Positions 17,225 through 26,861 are shown, counted from the first letter of the stretch. The stretch: 64,000 bases of DNA from Candidatus Spechtbacterales bacterium (GCA_040879145.1 JBBDKX010000036.1:434-64433); one strand, 5' to 3'. Made by a program: numbers and translations. Notes: generated by a model from the sequence alone, not told the origin.

Positions 17225-18127
17225 TTAGTTTTCTTTTTTATTATCTTCAACCTTAACATCCGAACTTTTAAGCGCCTTTAAATTAAGATAAAGCTCCACT
17301 GTGTAAATAATCGGTATCGGCATTAATAACCAACTTATTAAATCTGTTATATTTTGCCCAGTTTCAGGATAACTTATAAAAAGAATACCTAAAACAAGTG
17401 AGAGAAATATTGTAAAGATTGAAAAAATAACAATCATAAATGCCCATCGACTAAGATAACCCCACAAATCTCTTTTTATATATTCTTTACTTTTTCTTAA
17501 CGCATCCATGCCTACCGCATTCTCAAGAACAACGATAGTCGTTGCTAAACCATAAAATACGGCAAATATTACACCAGGAATTATTAAAAGAAGTAATCCC
17601 CCAAAAACAATTAGTCCAACAAGTATGGCTGTACCCAGATATTTAAAAAAATAATCTTTCGCCTGCTTATACAAAATAAAAACTCTTTTTTCATCTTTGT
17701 TTTTTATCGCCAATACAAGTGCTATCTGTTGAAGAATAAATACGGGTATTATTACCAAAATAGCAACAATACCAGCCATAAACGCATATCTGTCATCAGA
17801 TACTACATCCTTACCGGTAACCAAAAATAATGCGCCCAAAATAATAAATATCCAAAAAATCGGTATGCTAACAATACCCAGAAATGTACCCAATCTTTCT
17901 TTGTATGTACGTATGCTCCTGCTTAAAATTTCACTCCCTTTCATCATTTTGTCCGAGGAATACTCCAAGCTTTGACTAACAATCTTCTCGCTTTTAATAT
18001 ATAAAAATGCCTCTTCAATTTCTTCTTCTTTAAACTTGCGAAAACGCAAAGCCACCCGTATCTCAGTCTCGGACACACCCTCTTCCAATTGTTTTTTTAT
18101 ATAATCTATTATCTCCTGATTAGGCAT
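17225..18127 (-). CDS. hypothetical polytopic membrane protein with a cytosolic N-terminal domain
   Basis: 300 aa with 6-7 hydrophobic helices. Confidence 0.55.
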   Translation of the reverse strand: MPNQEIIDYIKKQLEEGVSETEIRVALRFRKFKEEEIEEAFLYIKSEKIVSQSLEYSSDKMMKGSEILSRSIRTYKERLGTFLGIVSIPIFWIFIILGALFLVTGKDVVSDDRYAFMAGIVAILVIIPVFILQQIALVLAIKNKDEKRVFILYKQAKDYFFKYLGTAILVGLIVFGGLLLLIIPGVIFAVFYGLATTIVVLENAVGMDALRKSKEYIKRDLWGYLSRWAFMIVIFSIFTIFLSLVLGILFISYPETGQNITDLISWLLMPIPIIYTVELYLNLKALKSSDVKVEDNKKEN

Positions 18128-18175
18128 GGTTTTTTGCTTGTTAGTTTAAATTATATCCTTAGAAAACTCCTGCTC

Positions 18176-18667
18176 CTAACCGGACATATCTATTTTTTTA
18201 ATTCTCCTAACGTGGCGTTCTTCGCCTGTGAACGGCGTTTCCAACCATAACTTTATTGCCTCCTCTGCCTCGTCGTCAGCTAAAAATCCGGATGCCAGAG
18301 AAAGAACGTTTGTATCATCATCTTCCCGGCTTAAAATTATCATATTATGAGGCTTGTCTTTTCTCCCCTGCCCCATTTCAGATATATCGGATGGCTCGCC
18401 GTAATACACAGCCGCGCGCACGTTATCAAAACGATTTGCCGCGATAGCCTCGCCCTGCCCGTTAAAGCCCAAAATTATCCCCCTTGTTTCTTCAGGGTCA
18501 TTTGCCACGGCTTTTGCCACGGGTTTTATAAAATCGGGGTAATCGTCCGCCTTATCGTACTCATACGCTCCCATATCGTCATACTCATATCCCCACTCCT
18601 GGAGCCAAACCTTTATTTTCTCTTTTAAATTGTATCCAGCGTGGTCACTGCCTAAATAAATCTTCAT
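18176..18667 (-). CDS. rpiB: ribose-5-phosphate isomerase B
   Basis: MKIYLGSDHAGYNLK... RpiB/LacAB signature. Confidence 0.9.
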   Translation of the reverse strand: MKIYLGSDHAGYNLKEKIKVWLQEWGYEYDDMGAYEYDKADDYPDFIKPVAKAVANDPEETRGIILGFNGQGEAIAANRFDNVRAAVYYGEPSDISEMGQGRKDKPHNMIILSREDDDTNVLSLASGFLADDEAEEAIKLWLETPFTGEERHVRRIKKIDMSG

Positions 18668-18687
18668 AAATTATGTGGTTGCCGGGG

Positions 18688-18775
18688 TCAGACCCCTCCC
18701 GCTTCGCTCAAGCGGTCTGACCCCAACTTTTAACTCAAACCCTGCATGGTCGCTTCCTAAATATATTTTCATAAG
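18688..18775 (-). pseudogene. orphan, diverged 5' fragment of an rpiB-like gene (MKIYLGSDHAGFELK) fused to a GC-rich hairpin
   Basis: atgaaaatatatttaggaagcgaccatgcagggtttgagttaaaa, followed by the palindrome ggggtcagacc...ggtctgacccc. Confidence 0.5.
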
Positions 18776-18776
18776 T

Positions 18777-19232
18777 TTAATCTAAAAATTCTTTAATATA
18801 TTTAATTGTAGGCTGATACCATTCTTTGATCGGGCGAAACGGCATATCATCTGCCAGGTACTGCACTTCAACCCTTAATATGTGCATATCGCGGTCTTCT
18901 TCCAGTTTTTCAACGCCGATTGCTTCTTCAAGAGGCTGTATGCGATTATTTATTTCTTCAAGCTTTTCCTTGTACTCATCTATAAATTTTTCACTGACCT
19001 TTTCCAATTCTGACAAAGCTTCTTTTAACCTGTCTTTATTGGCACCCTCGTTTGGAATATATCTTTGCACAGCGCTTTCAGTAATTATATCATTATATTT
19101 TTCAACAATACCGTAAAAACCATCGCGGAGATGGTTAAAAACTTCCCGGCCTAATTCTTTCTTTTCTTTATAAAGCCCGGCGATACTTTCCCAATCATTA
19201 TTTTCACGTTCAAATTTTGGTTTTTCAGGCAT
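18777..19232 (-). CDS. hypothetical protein (151 aa)
   Basis: Intact ORF; no motif recognised. Confidence 0.5.
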   Translation of the reverse strand: MPEKPKFERENNDWESIAGLYKEKKELGREVFNHLRDGFYGIVEKYNDIITESAVQRYIPNEGANKDRLKEALSELEKVSEKFIDEYKEKLEEINNRIQPLEEAIGVEKLEEDRDMHILRVEVQYLADDMPFRPIKEWYQPTIKYIKEFLD

Positions 19233-19236
19233 ATTT

Positions 19237-19875
19237 TTATTTTATTCCCAACTTTTTAAACTCTCTTTTTAAATCTTCTATTCCCCTAAATAAAACAGCA
19301 TCCATGCCCACTGCTTCAGCGCCGTCTATATTTGGCTGAAGGTCATCTATAAATACTGATTCTTCCGCTTTAACCTCTAATTTTTCAAGCGCTAATTTAT
19401 AAATTTCAGGACGTGGTTTATACAAATCTACCTCATTAGATAAAATAACCTCGTCAAAATGCTCTAAAAAGCCGAAATTCTTAAACACCTTCACATGATC
19501 ATCTATCGTATTTGAGATTATGCCAAGCTTATATTTACCGGGAGCCCTAAGTCCTTTTATTAATTCTACCATTTTTTTGTCCGTTCTTACCGTGCGCTTA
19601 TACACACCCGGGAATATATCATCCAAAACTTCATCTGCGGGGGGCTCAATATTTAACGCCTTACAAACTCTTTTCCAAAATTCAATATCCGTTATCTCCC
19701 CTGCCTGCAAAGTATCTATTTCGGCATTAAATGCCTGCATGTATTTCTCTTTCTCAACGGAAAAAAGCCCGATAGCGTAATCGTGCAGGCTGTCGTTGTT
19801 CCAGCGGGTTAAAATTACCCCACCTATGTCAAAAATTATAGCTTTTATTGTTGGATTTTTTTTCATTCTATTCAT
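19237..19875 (-). CDS. HAD-superfamily hydrolase
   Basis: IIFDIGGVIL motif I; HAD-like spacing of the later motifs. Confidence 0.75.
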   Translation of the reverse strand: MNRMKKNPTIKAIIFDIGGVILTRWNNDSLHDYAIGLFSVEKEKYMQAFNAEIDTLQAGEITDIEFWKRVCKALNIEPPADEVLDDIFPGVYKRTVRTDKKMVELIKGLRAPGKYKLGIISNTIDDHVKVFKNFGFLEHFDEVILSNEVDLYKPRPEIYKLALEKLEVKAEESVFIDDLQPNIDGAEAVGMDAVLFRGIEDLKREFKKLGIK

Positions 19876-20012
19876 TTTAACATACGTACTGCCGATTCTA
19901 GAAACTAAAAACCGGCATAATGAACCGCACCCCATTTAGTGGACACGAAAACGTCCACTTTTTTGTATTTTGATACAAAAGAGAATACAATTAATTCAAT
20001 AAACAAAAAAAT

Positions 20013-20426
20013 ATGAGAAAAGAATTCACCCAGGATGAAATAAGAAGGTTAAACTCCAATGATGGCGTACAGAGCTGTACATCCAAGAGTATAACATTCA
20101 CCGAGACATTTAAAACAAAGGCTCTAAAGAGGTATGCGGATGGCCTAATGCCGATTCAGATATTCAGAGATATGGGCCTGGATGTTAACATAATCGGAAG
20201 AAAAACTCCCAAACGATGCATAGAAAGATGGAGAAAGCAGCTTAAAACAGAAGGTAGCCTTAAAGATAGTCGGGGCAAGCATTCTAAAGGAGGAGGCAGA
20301 AAACCAAAAGAAAAGATACCTAAAGATGAAAAGGAAAGAATAAAGTATCTTGAAGCCAAAGTGGCATATCTTGAGAAAGAGAACGCTTTTTTAGCAAAGC
20401 TCCGGGCCAAAAGAAAGGAGGAGTAA
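20013..20426 (+). CDS. IS3-family transposase OrfA (HTH + leucine zipper)
   Basis: 137 aa with a basic/LZ C-terminus KYLEAKVAYLEKENAFLAKL. Confidence 0.85.
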   Translation: MRKEFTQDEIRRLNSNDGVQSCTSKSITFTETFKTKALKRYADGLMPIQIFRDMGLDVNIIGRKTPKRCIERWRKQLKTEGSLKDSRGKHSKGGGRKPKEKIPKDEKERIKYLEAKVAYLEKENAFLAKLRAKRKEE

Positions 20427-21286
20427 TAATACTCAGGCCGCATCAGAAGTATGCTATTATCAGGAGCATACACAAGAACATTAAGATACTCTGCGAAATA
20501 GCAGAAGTATCAACAAGCGGATACTACAAAAGGCTCAAAACCGCGGATGATAAAGATAAGGACTACGAAGACTATCTGACTATCAAAAAGATATGCCAAA
20601 AAGGCAAAATGAGGTGGGGATATCGCAGAGTATGCATGGAATTAGATGGAAAGATGAACCACAAGAAGATCCTGCGCATAATGAACAAGTACGGACTTCT
20701 GGCAAAAACAAGGAGAGCCAATCCTTACAGGCAGATGGCTAAAAAGACCCAAGAACATAGAACCTTTCCAAATATATTAGATCGCAATTTCAAACAAGAA
20801 CATCCGCGCTCAGTATTTTGCGCAGATATCACATATCTTCCTTTTAATCACCGTTTCGCGTATCTGTCTGCCGTGAAGGACATAGCCACCAAGGAAATCG
20901 TAGCAGCACACCTTTCCATGCACATAGACGTGGAACTGGTGATAAGGACCATGGAAAAGTTCCGTAAAGATTCGTATATGCATAAAGAAGCCCTGATCCA
21001 TTCAGATCAAGGCTTCCATTACACCAATCCGGAGTTCATTGCGCTAACGAAACAGCTTAGATTAACGCAGTCAATGTCTAGAAAAGGAAATTGCATAGAC
21101 AACGCGCCAATAGAATCTTTCTTCGGGCACTTCAAGGATGAGATAGATTACAAGTCATGCAGAACATTTGAAGAATTAGAAATGCTCATTAACAATTACA
21201 TAGACCATTACAACAACGAAAGGAGGCAATGGGAATTAAAAAAGATGACCCCCGTACAATACAGAGATCATCTTTTGATGAAATAG
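20375..21286 (+). CDS. IS3-family transposase OrfB (DDE integrase core), expressed by a -1 frameshift from orfA
   Basis: The -1 frame opens at 20375; slippery heptamer T TTT TTA at 20387-20393; STSGYYKR, HSDQGFHYT and NAPIESFFGHFK motifs. Confidence 0.85.
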   Translation, partial: ERERFFSKAPGQKKGGVIILRPHQKYAIIRSIHKNIKILCEIAEVSTSGYYKRLKTADDKDKDYEDYLTIKKICQKGKMRWGYRRVCMELDGKMNHKKILRIMNKYGLLAKTRRANPYRQMAKKTQEHRTFPNILDRNFKQEHPRSVFCADITYLPFNHRFAYLSAVKDIATKEIVAAHLSMHIDVELVIRTMEKFRKDSYMHKEALIHSDQGFHYTNPEFIALTKQLRLTQSMSRKGNCIDNAPIESFFGHFKDEIDYKSCRTFEELEMLINNYIDHYNNERRQWELKKMTPVQYRDHLLMK

Positions 21287-21338
21287 CCGCTTTTTTATTC
21301 GTGTCCACTAAATGGGGTGCGGTTCATTATGCCGGTTT

Positions 21339-21629
21339 TTAGTTTCTTCTCTGAATTTCCCTGTATACTACTGAGCGATGTTCTATCAATAAAATATATA
21401 TATTGCGCCCGTTTACCTTAAAAATAATCCTGTAATCCCCCACTCTTAATTTTCTATACCCTTTCAAATTTTGCCGCAATGGCTGGCCGAATATTTCAGG
21501 ACGCGTTGAAAGCTTTGTCTCTATGCTCTCTTTGATGCGCTTTTGCCAGATTTTACTTAATTTGGGAATATCTTCAGAAATAACAAGCGGATGATATTCT
21601 ATACTAAACTTACTTCCAGGCATTTTCAT
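21339..21629 (-). CDS. RelE/ParE-family type II toxin
   Basis: LRVGDYRIIFKVNGRNIYILLIEHRSVVY; the stop codon lies inside the IS3 right terminal repeat. Confidence 0.8.
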   Translation of the reverse strand: MKMPGSKFSIEYHPLVISEDIPKLSKIWQKRIKESIETKLSTRPEIFGQPLRQNLKGYRKLRVGDYRIIFKVNGRNIYILLIEHRSVVYREIQRRN

Positions 21630-21834
21630 GCTTTACATATTTTACATTTTTTATATCACGCTTCTCAGCCATCTCGCCTAAAACAATATCCTCTTCAACC
21701 ACAAGCGCTTCTTTCAAAAGTTCAAGTGTTTTTGTGGCAACAGGAACATCGTCCCTCTTGGCAAGGGCTGATAACGCTTTTTCCATTTCCTCAGAAACAG
21801 AAAGATTTATTCTTTTTTTGGTTTTATAAGCCAT
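21610..21834 (-). CDS. ribbon-helix-helix (CopG/RelB-like) antitoxin
   Basis: MAYKTKKRINLSVSEEMEKALSALAKR...; overlaps the toxin start by 20 nt. Confidence 0.7.
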   Translation of the reverse strand: MAYKTKKRINLSVSEEMEKALSALAKRDDVPVATKTLELLKEALVVEEDIVLGEMAEKRDIKNVKYVKHENAWK

Positions 21835-22064
21835 ATACTTATATGTAACAAATTTGTAACACTGTGTCAACACCTATCTTAACTGCGCGGTTTATGTTTT
21901 TCATTATATAAATGTAGTAATTTTGATCCCACACCACATCGGATGCGAGACAGGTATTTAGATGATATATGTAGAAATTGATAAAATTTGGCGTAATACA
22001 AGGCGTAAGCGAGGAGCGGAATAAGGCGTAGGTGATAACTACGTCGTTGAGCACCGCAGGCAGG

Positions 22065-22323
22065 CCCTCTATTTAAAATACAGAATTCATTTAGCGGAGC
22101 GTATATTCTCCATATTCGAGGCGTGAGGAGTGAAATGCACAAATGTGCATGAGCGACGAAAACAAAGAATATGGAGAATATACGCCCGCCCTTTGGGAAG
22201 CAAAATAATGCACTGCCTGCTGTGTTGCTCCTCGCTTGCGATACTATGGCATCGCCACACTCGTCGCGCCGTGCATCCAGTGCATTATTTTGCTTCTAAA
22301 GCGTATTCTGTATTTTAAATAGA
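22065..22323. repeat. ~260-bp multi-hairpin palindromic element bounded by 22-bp perfect inverted repeats
   Basis: Outer repeat ccctctatttaaaatacagaat / attctgtattttaaatagaggg; inner 19-bp and 16-bp inverted repeats. Confidence 0.45.
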
Positions 22324-22365
22324 GGGCTAAACGCAGTAGTACGTCAAATTTTAAATTTCCTTTCC

Positions 22366-24024
22366 TTACTTATGGTCTATGTGCTTCATTGCATACTCCA
22401 TACTACTATTCACCTTCTTTCCCGGGTTAAAAATATTTTCGGAATCAAATATATTTTTTGTTTCTTCAAAGAGGTGGTATATTTCCTCGCCGTACATCTG
22501 CTTAAGGTACGGGCTACGTATTAAGCCGTCGTTGTGCTCGGCGGTAATTGACCCTTTATATTCTAAGACCAAGTCATATATCTTTTTGGAAACTATAGGA
22601 ATTTTTGCCCTCTCCTCTTCGCGGCTTAAATCCATCAAAGGAATTATATGAAAGTTTCCGCTTGCCGCATGCCCTGCAATTGTCTCTTTGATTCCGTACT
22701 CTTTTAAAATTGCGTGCACTTTTGGCAAAACCTCGGGCAAATGTTCGGGTTTTACTATAAAATCATCAATAAAAGGCGCTGTTCTTTTTCCTTTTACATG
22801 CTCTCGCAATAAACTAAAACTCTTTCTCCGAATAACAAAGTACTTTTCACTCTCCTCGTTTTCGTACAGATAACGAACCTTCGCGTTATATTTTCCAAGA
22901 ATTTCGCGCGCCTTTTCCAGTTTACGCTCCGCCTCTTCCTCTTCGTTCTCAGCAAATTGGGCAAGTATTATCATTTTTGGCAATTTCATCATACGGAGTG
23001 TAATAAGCGCTTCGGGAATAAATTTAACCAAAAGTGAAAGTAGGTTTTCTCCCGGAACCATTTTTGCAATACTTGGGAAAAACCTCAAAGCCAACTTAAG
23101 TGTCTCATCATCAAAAGCTTCTATCGCCTCCGGTTCCAGCTCCAAAAGTTCGTTTACCATTTGCGGCAACTCTTTAATATCCGGTAAAAATATTGCCGCT
23201 AATTTTGTATAAGGCTCGGGGGTTATAAGTTGTATTTCAGCTTCTGTCATAAAGCCAAGCGTACCCTGCGCGCCAACAAAAATTTGCGCCATGTTAAACT
23301 CCCCTTTTTCTCTGTCCCAAATATCCCAGAGTTTATACCCGGCTGAATTCTTAGCTACATCCGGCTTTGCTTTTTTGATAGCATCGTAATTGTTTTCTAC
23401 GAGCTCATGCATCTTTCTGTAAACTTCGCCCTCAAAGTTGTCTTGAGCTTTTTTGCGTTCTAACTCCTCTTTCATGATTTTTCCAAACTCATACTCATTG
23501 CCGTCCGCCAGTACCATTTTTACCTTATTTACAAATCGCTCCGTTTTTCCATGGCGCGTTGTTTTTTCACCACCCGAATTATTATTTACTATACCCCCCA
23601 TGGCGGCCAAACTCTTTGAGGCCGGGTAAGAAGGCATAAGTAGATTCTTTTCCAAAGTTGCCTTTTCAAAGTCTCTGTAAAAAACTCCCGGCTGTGTGCG
23701 AGCTGTTTTTGTACTCTCATCTATTTCAAAATGATTCATGTGTTCAGTAAAACTAAGCACTACACTCTCAGTAAGCGGACCGCCGGTCATGTCAGTTCCC
23801 GCGGAACGCGCGGTTACAGAAACATCTTTCCCGGCTCTTTTCTGTTCAGCAGCAAACTTAACCGCCGCTTTAACATCGGCGACGTCCTTTGGAAACACAA
23901 CCACAGCGGGCTTAATTTTAAACAAGCTCGCGTCGGTTGAGAATTTCTCAAGAGTGGCATCATCTGTCTTAACTTCTCCTTTTATTAAATTTTTTAAATC
24001 AGATTCTAAATTCATACTTGACAA
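22366..24024 (-). CDS. FAD-binding oxidoreductase (GlcD / D-lactate dehydrogenase-like family)
   Basis: FAD-binding PCMH-type N-terminal region; 552 aa. Confidence 0.8.
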   Translation of the reverse strand: MSSMNLESDLKNLIKGEVKTDDATLEKFSTDASLFKIKPAVVVFPKDVADVKAAVKFAAEQKRAGKDVSVTARSAGTDMTGGPLTESVVLSFTEHMNHFEIDESTKTARTQPGVFYRDFEKATLEKNLLMPSYPASKSLAAMGGIVNNNSGGEKTTRHGKTERFVNKVKMVLADGNEYEFGKIMKEELERKKAQDNFEGEVYRKMHELVENNYDAIKKAKPDVAKNSAGYKLWDIWDREKGEFNMAQIFVGAQGTLGFMTEAEIQLITPEPYTKLAAIFLPDIKELPQMVNELLELEPEAIEAFDDETLKLALRFFPSIAKMVPGENLLSLLVKFIPEALITLRMMKLPKMIILAQFAENEEEEAERKLEKAREILGKYNAKVRYLYENEESEKYFVIRRKSFSLLREHVKGKRTAPFIDDFIVKPEHLPEVLPKVHAILKEYGIKETIAGHAASGNFHIIPLMDLSREEERAKIPIVSKKIYDLVLEYKGSITAEHNDGLIRSPYLKQMYGEEIYHLFEETKNIFDSENIFNPGKKVNSSMEYAMKHIDHK

Positions 24025-24054
24025 ATAAATTAGCTTATGCTATTATGTTCATAC
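24025..24054 (+). promoter_or_regulatory. near-consensus sigma70 promoter (TTGACA-17-TATTAT)
   Basis: ttgacaaataaattagcttatgctattatg on the + strand. Confidence 0.4.
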
Positions 24055-24055
24055 C

Positions 24056-24187
24056 GTTAAGGAGTTGTGGGACCCTTATATGGTTTTTTACCCGAATCGC
24101 TCACCGTGAAGGGTACCCGTGTCTATTGAGTGAGATGGACTGAAGCCACAGTGCTGATCCGCTGTGATGTTCGAGGGTTTTTTCTTC
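24056..24187 (+). ncRNA. candidate small RNA (~130 nt) ending in gagggttttttc
   Basis: Consensus promoter, no ORF and a T-run end; no + strand gene lies downstream. Confidence 0.3.
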
Positions 24188-24347
24188 CAAAAGCCGGTCA
24201 GGGCATCCCACACTTTAAACCCGTATGCTGCGCGCTGCGGGTTCTCTTATTTATATAATGTGGAAATTTTCAGATTTTGACGCAAATCTACCTGCCTGCC
24301 GGCAGGCAGGGGCGCTGACAACGAAATGCACCAAATTTTAAAGTTCA

Positions 24348-25376
24348 TTAAACTAACTTCCCAACATCAACAACATGCTTAAGCAAAGCCCCTGTATACC
24401 CCCACTCATTATCGTACCAAGCCATAATCTTTACCATGTCGCCGTCAACAACTCTTGTAAATGTCAGGTCCGCTATTGAAGCGTGAGTGTTGCCTATAAT
24501 ATCTGTAGAAACAAGCGGTTCCTCAGTTACTGTAAATACTCCTTCCCATTTTTCCTCTTTAGCGGCGTTTCGCAGAATGTCGTTTATCTCTTCAGTTGAG
24601 GTTTTTCGCTTTGCCAAAAACGTAAAATCTATAATAGAGCCCACGATCACAGGAACACGAATTGCCACAGCGTCAAATTTATCACTTAAATCAGGTACGG
24701 CTTTTGCCGCAGCCAGTGCCGCTCCTGTGTGCGAGGGAATAATGTTCATTGCCGCCGCCCTTCCTCTTGTGTGGTCTTTTGAGTTTGGGCCATCAACCAG
24801 TGACTGTGTCGCGGTGTAGCCATGCACTGTCGTCATCATGCTTTTTACAATTCCCGGCTCATTTAGCATTATTGCCGCCACAGGAACTACGGCATTTGTA
24901 GTACATGAAGCGTTTGAAGTTATTTTTGCAAGCTCTTTGTTGGAAAGCTCTTCTTTGTTTGTACCGGCCAAAGGATGTGGAGTTTCTTCATCTTTTGCGG
25001 GTGCTGATATTACCACTCGCTTTGCTCCCGCATCCAAGTGGGCCGAGGACTTCTCTGTGCTTGTGAAAAATCCCGTACTCTCCACAACAACATCAACGTC
25101 CAACTCTTTCCATGGAAGCTCCGCGGGTTCTTTTTGGCTTAAATAAGGATACTTCTTCCCATCTACCACAAGATAATTGGCTCCACCACTAACTTCTGTT
25201 TCTACTTTTTTATTATAAGGTCCGTAAGCCGAATCGTACCGCAAAAGATAAGCTATATTGTCTATTGTTGTTAAATCATTAATCGCAACCACCTCAAGCT
25301 CTTCCAACTCAAGTGCTTGTTTAAATACTGCGCGGCCTATTCGGCCAAAACCATTTATTGCTATTTTAGTTGACAT
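24348..25376 (-). CDS. gap: glyceraldehyde-3-phosphate dehydrogenase
   Basis: INGFGRIGR...SNASCTTN motifs. Confidence 0.93.
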   Translation of the reverse strand: MSTKIAINGFGRIGRAVFKQALELEELEVVAINDLTTIDNIAYLLRYDSAYGPYNKKVETEVSGGANYLVVDGKKYPYLSQKEPAELPWKELDVDVVVESTGFFTSTEKSSAHLDAGAKRVVISAPAKDEETPHPLAGTNKEELSNKELAKITSNASCTTNAVVPVAAIMLNEPGIVKSMMTTVHGYTATQSLVDGPNSKDHTRGRAAAMNIIPSHTGAALAAAKAVPDLSDKFDAVAIRVPVIVGSIIDFTFLAKRKTSTEEINDILRNAAKEEKWEGVFTVTEEPLVSTDIIGNTHASIADLTFTRVVDGDMVKIMAWYDNEWGYTGALLKHVVDVGKLV

Positions 25377-25427
25377 ATTTTTAAACTATTTCACCCAAAG
25401 GCTAAACCGTCTCCGGCGAAAATTTTA

Positions 25428-26138
25428 TTAATTAATAAACCCCGAAAGAAAATCACCCACAAAATAGGCAACCACAGCGGCAAGACCTGCAACCAGCAAC
25501 ATCTCAAATCCTCCTGCCCACCACTTTTTATCTGAATACATAGTTCGCGCGCTACCAACTAAAAACATGGCTCCGCCCGCAAATATGCTCGCGTACAAAA
25601 ATTGATTTGTTATAACGCTGTCATAAAAAATAACAAAAGGCAAAAGCGGGATAGTTCCTGCTATTATAAAAGCTACAAGTGTCACAATAGATGCCTTAAC
25701 CGCGTCTGAGTTTGTTGTAATAGATAAGCCCCTTCTTTCAAAAATTATAAAATCTAAAAAGAATTTTTTATTTTTTATAATAAGAGGTGTTATTGTTTCG
25801 GCGTCTTGCGCGCTATACCCCTTTCCGCTAAAAATTTCCTTTACTTCTTTTTTTGCATCTTCGGTGGACGTATCAAACACTCTTTCTTCTTTGGACAACT
25901 CGCTTTCATACTGGTCGCTTTCAGATTTAGTTCCCAAATAATTTCCCGCCGCCATAGAAATACCGTCAGCCAAAACATTTGCAAATCCTAATATCAAAAC
26001 AACAACAGGGCTCAGTGAAGCTCCCACAACTCCCGCAACAATAGCAAAAGTTGTAACAATACCATCGCTTGCGGCATACACCGCATCTTTAAGATAATTT
26101 TCTGCCAAATTATTTATTTTTCCTATCATATTAAACAT
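25428..26138 (-). CDS. VIT1/CCC1-family iron/manganese transporter
   Basis: AASDGIVTTFAIVAGVVGA motif; 5 TM helices. Confidence 0.75.
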   Translation of the reverse strand: MFNMIGKINNLAENYLKDAVYAASDGIVTTFAIVAGVVGASLSPVVVLILGFANVLADGISMAAGNYLGTKSESDQYESELSKEERVFDTSTEDAKKEVKEIFSGKGYSAQDAETITPLIIKNKKFFLDFIIFERRGLSITTNSDAVKASIVTLVAFIIAGTIPLLPFVIFYDSVITNQFLYASIFAGGAMFLVGSARTMYSDKKWWAGGFEMLLVAGLAAVVAYFVGDFLSGFIN

Positions 26139-26215
26139 TGTAATACACTCTTGTACTTAGAGCAAAATTTTCTGTGTATAAAAAAGCCCCGGAAATTACC
26201 GGGGCATCAAAAGTA

Positions 26216-26743
26216 CTAATTAAAAACAGGGTCTAATTCCTCAAAAAGATAGTGGATCAAATCACGCAATTTGTGGCTGAATTCTGTAACATCTTTTGTG
26301 TCAAAATCAAAACCCATGTCCTCAGCGCCTTCAGGCACGAGGTCTATATATTCAGAATGCGTACGCGACTTTTTAACAATAAAGCGCAAAAGATCCAACA
26401 TAAGCTGAGGACGGCTCTCATTAAATCTATCGTACACAAACGGGTAACGGGGAAAAGCGTTTCTAACTCCTTTCTTTACAAGCTCCTCCTGCTTTTTGCG
26501 GTATGCTTCCACGCCGGCCTTGCTGCTTTTGGCATCAAGCCCTATCCAAAGATGTAAATTTCCGGTGCCTTTTATCTCAATATCAACACCTTGATAGTCA
26601 AGCTTTTTGGAAGATGTAAGCAGTATCGGAGCATTGTACTCATCCCGAAGCGCGTACAAAGCATTAATTACTTCTCTTTCAGTAAAATCGCCTTTTTCAC
26701 GCGCGAGTTTATCAAATGTCTGCAAAGAAGCTCTCCTGTGCAT
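26216..26743 (-). CDS. hypothetical protein (175 aa)
   Basis: Intact ORF. Confidence 0.5.
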   Translation of the reverse strand: MHRRASLQTFDKLAREKGDFTEREVINALYALRDEYNAPILLTSSKKLDYQGVDIEIKGTGNLHLWIGLDAKSSKAGVEAYRKKQEELVKKGVRNAFPRYPFVYDRFNESRPQLMLDLLRFIVKKSRTHSEYIDLVPEGAEDMGFDFDTKDVTEFSHKLRDLIHYLFEELDPVFN

Positions 26744-26861
26744 GCGTTAACCCTTTGCCTTTCTGTTTTGCTTAAAGAAACCTACAATAATATATACTTT
26801 TTATTATATTATGTCAAGGTTTAAAATAAAAAAGACCTGTATTTTACAGGTCTTTTAAAGA

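Larger units (their letters stand above)
19901..21346 (+). mobile_element. IS3-family insertion sequence (~1.45 kb) with perfect ~49-bp terminal inverted repeats
   Basis: Left end gaaactaaaaaccggcataatgaaccgcaccccatttagtggacacgaa equals the reverse complement of the right end; carries orfA and orfB in 0/-1 frames. Confidence 0.85.
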
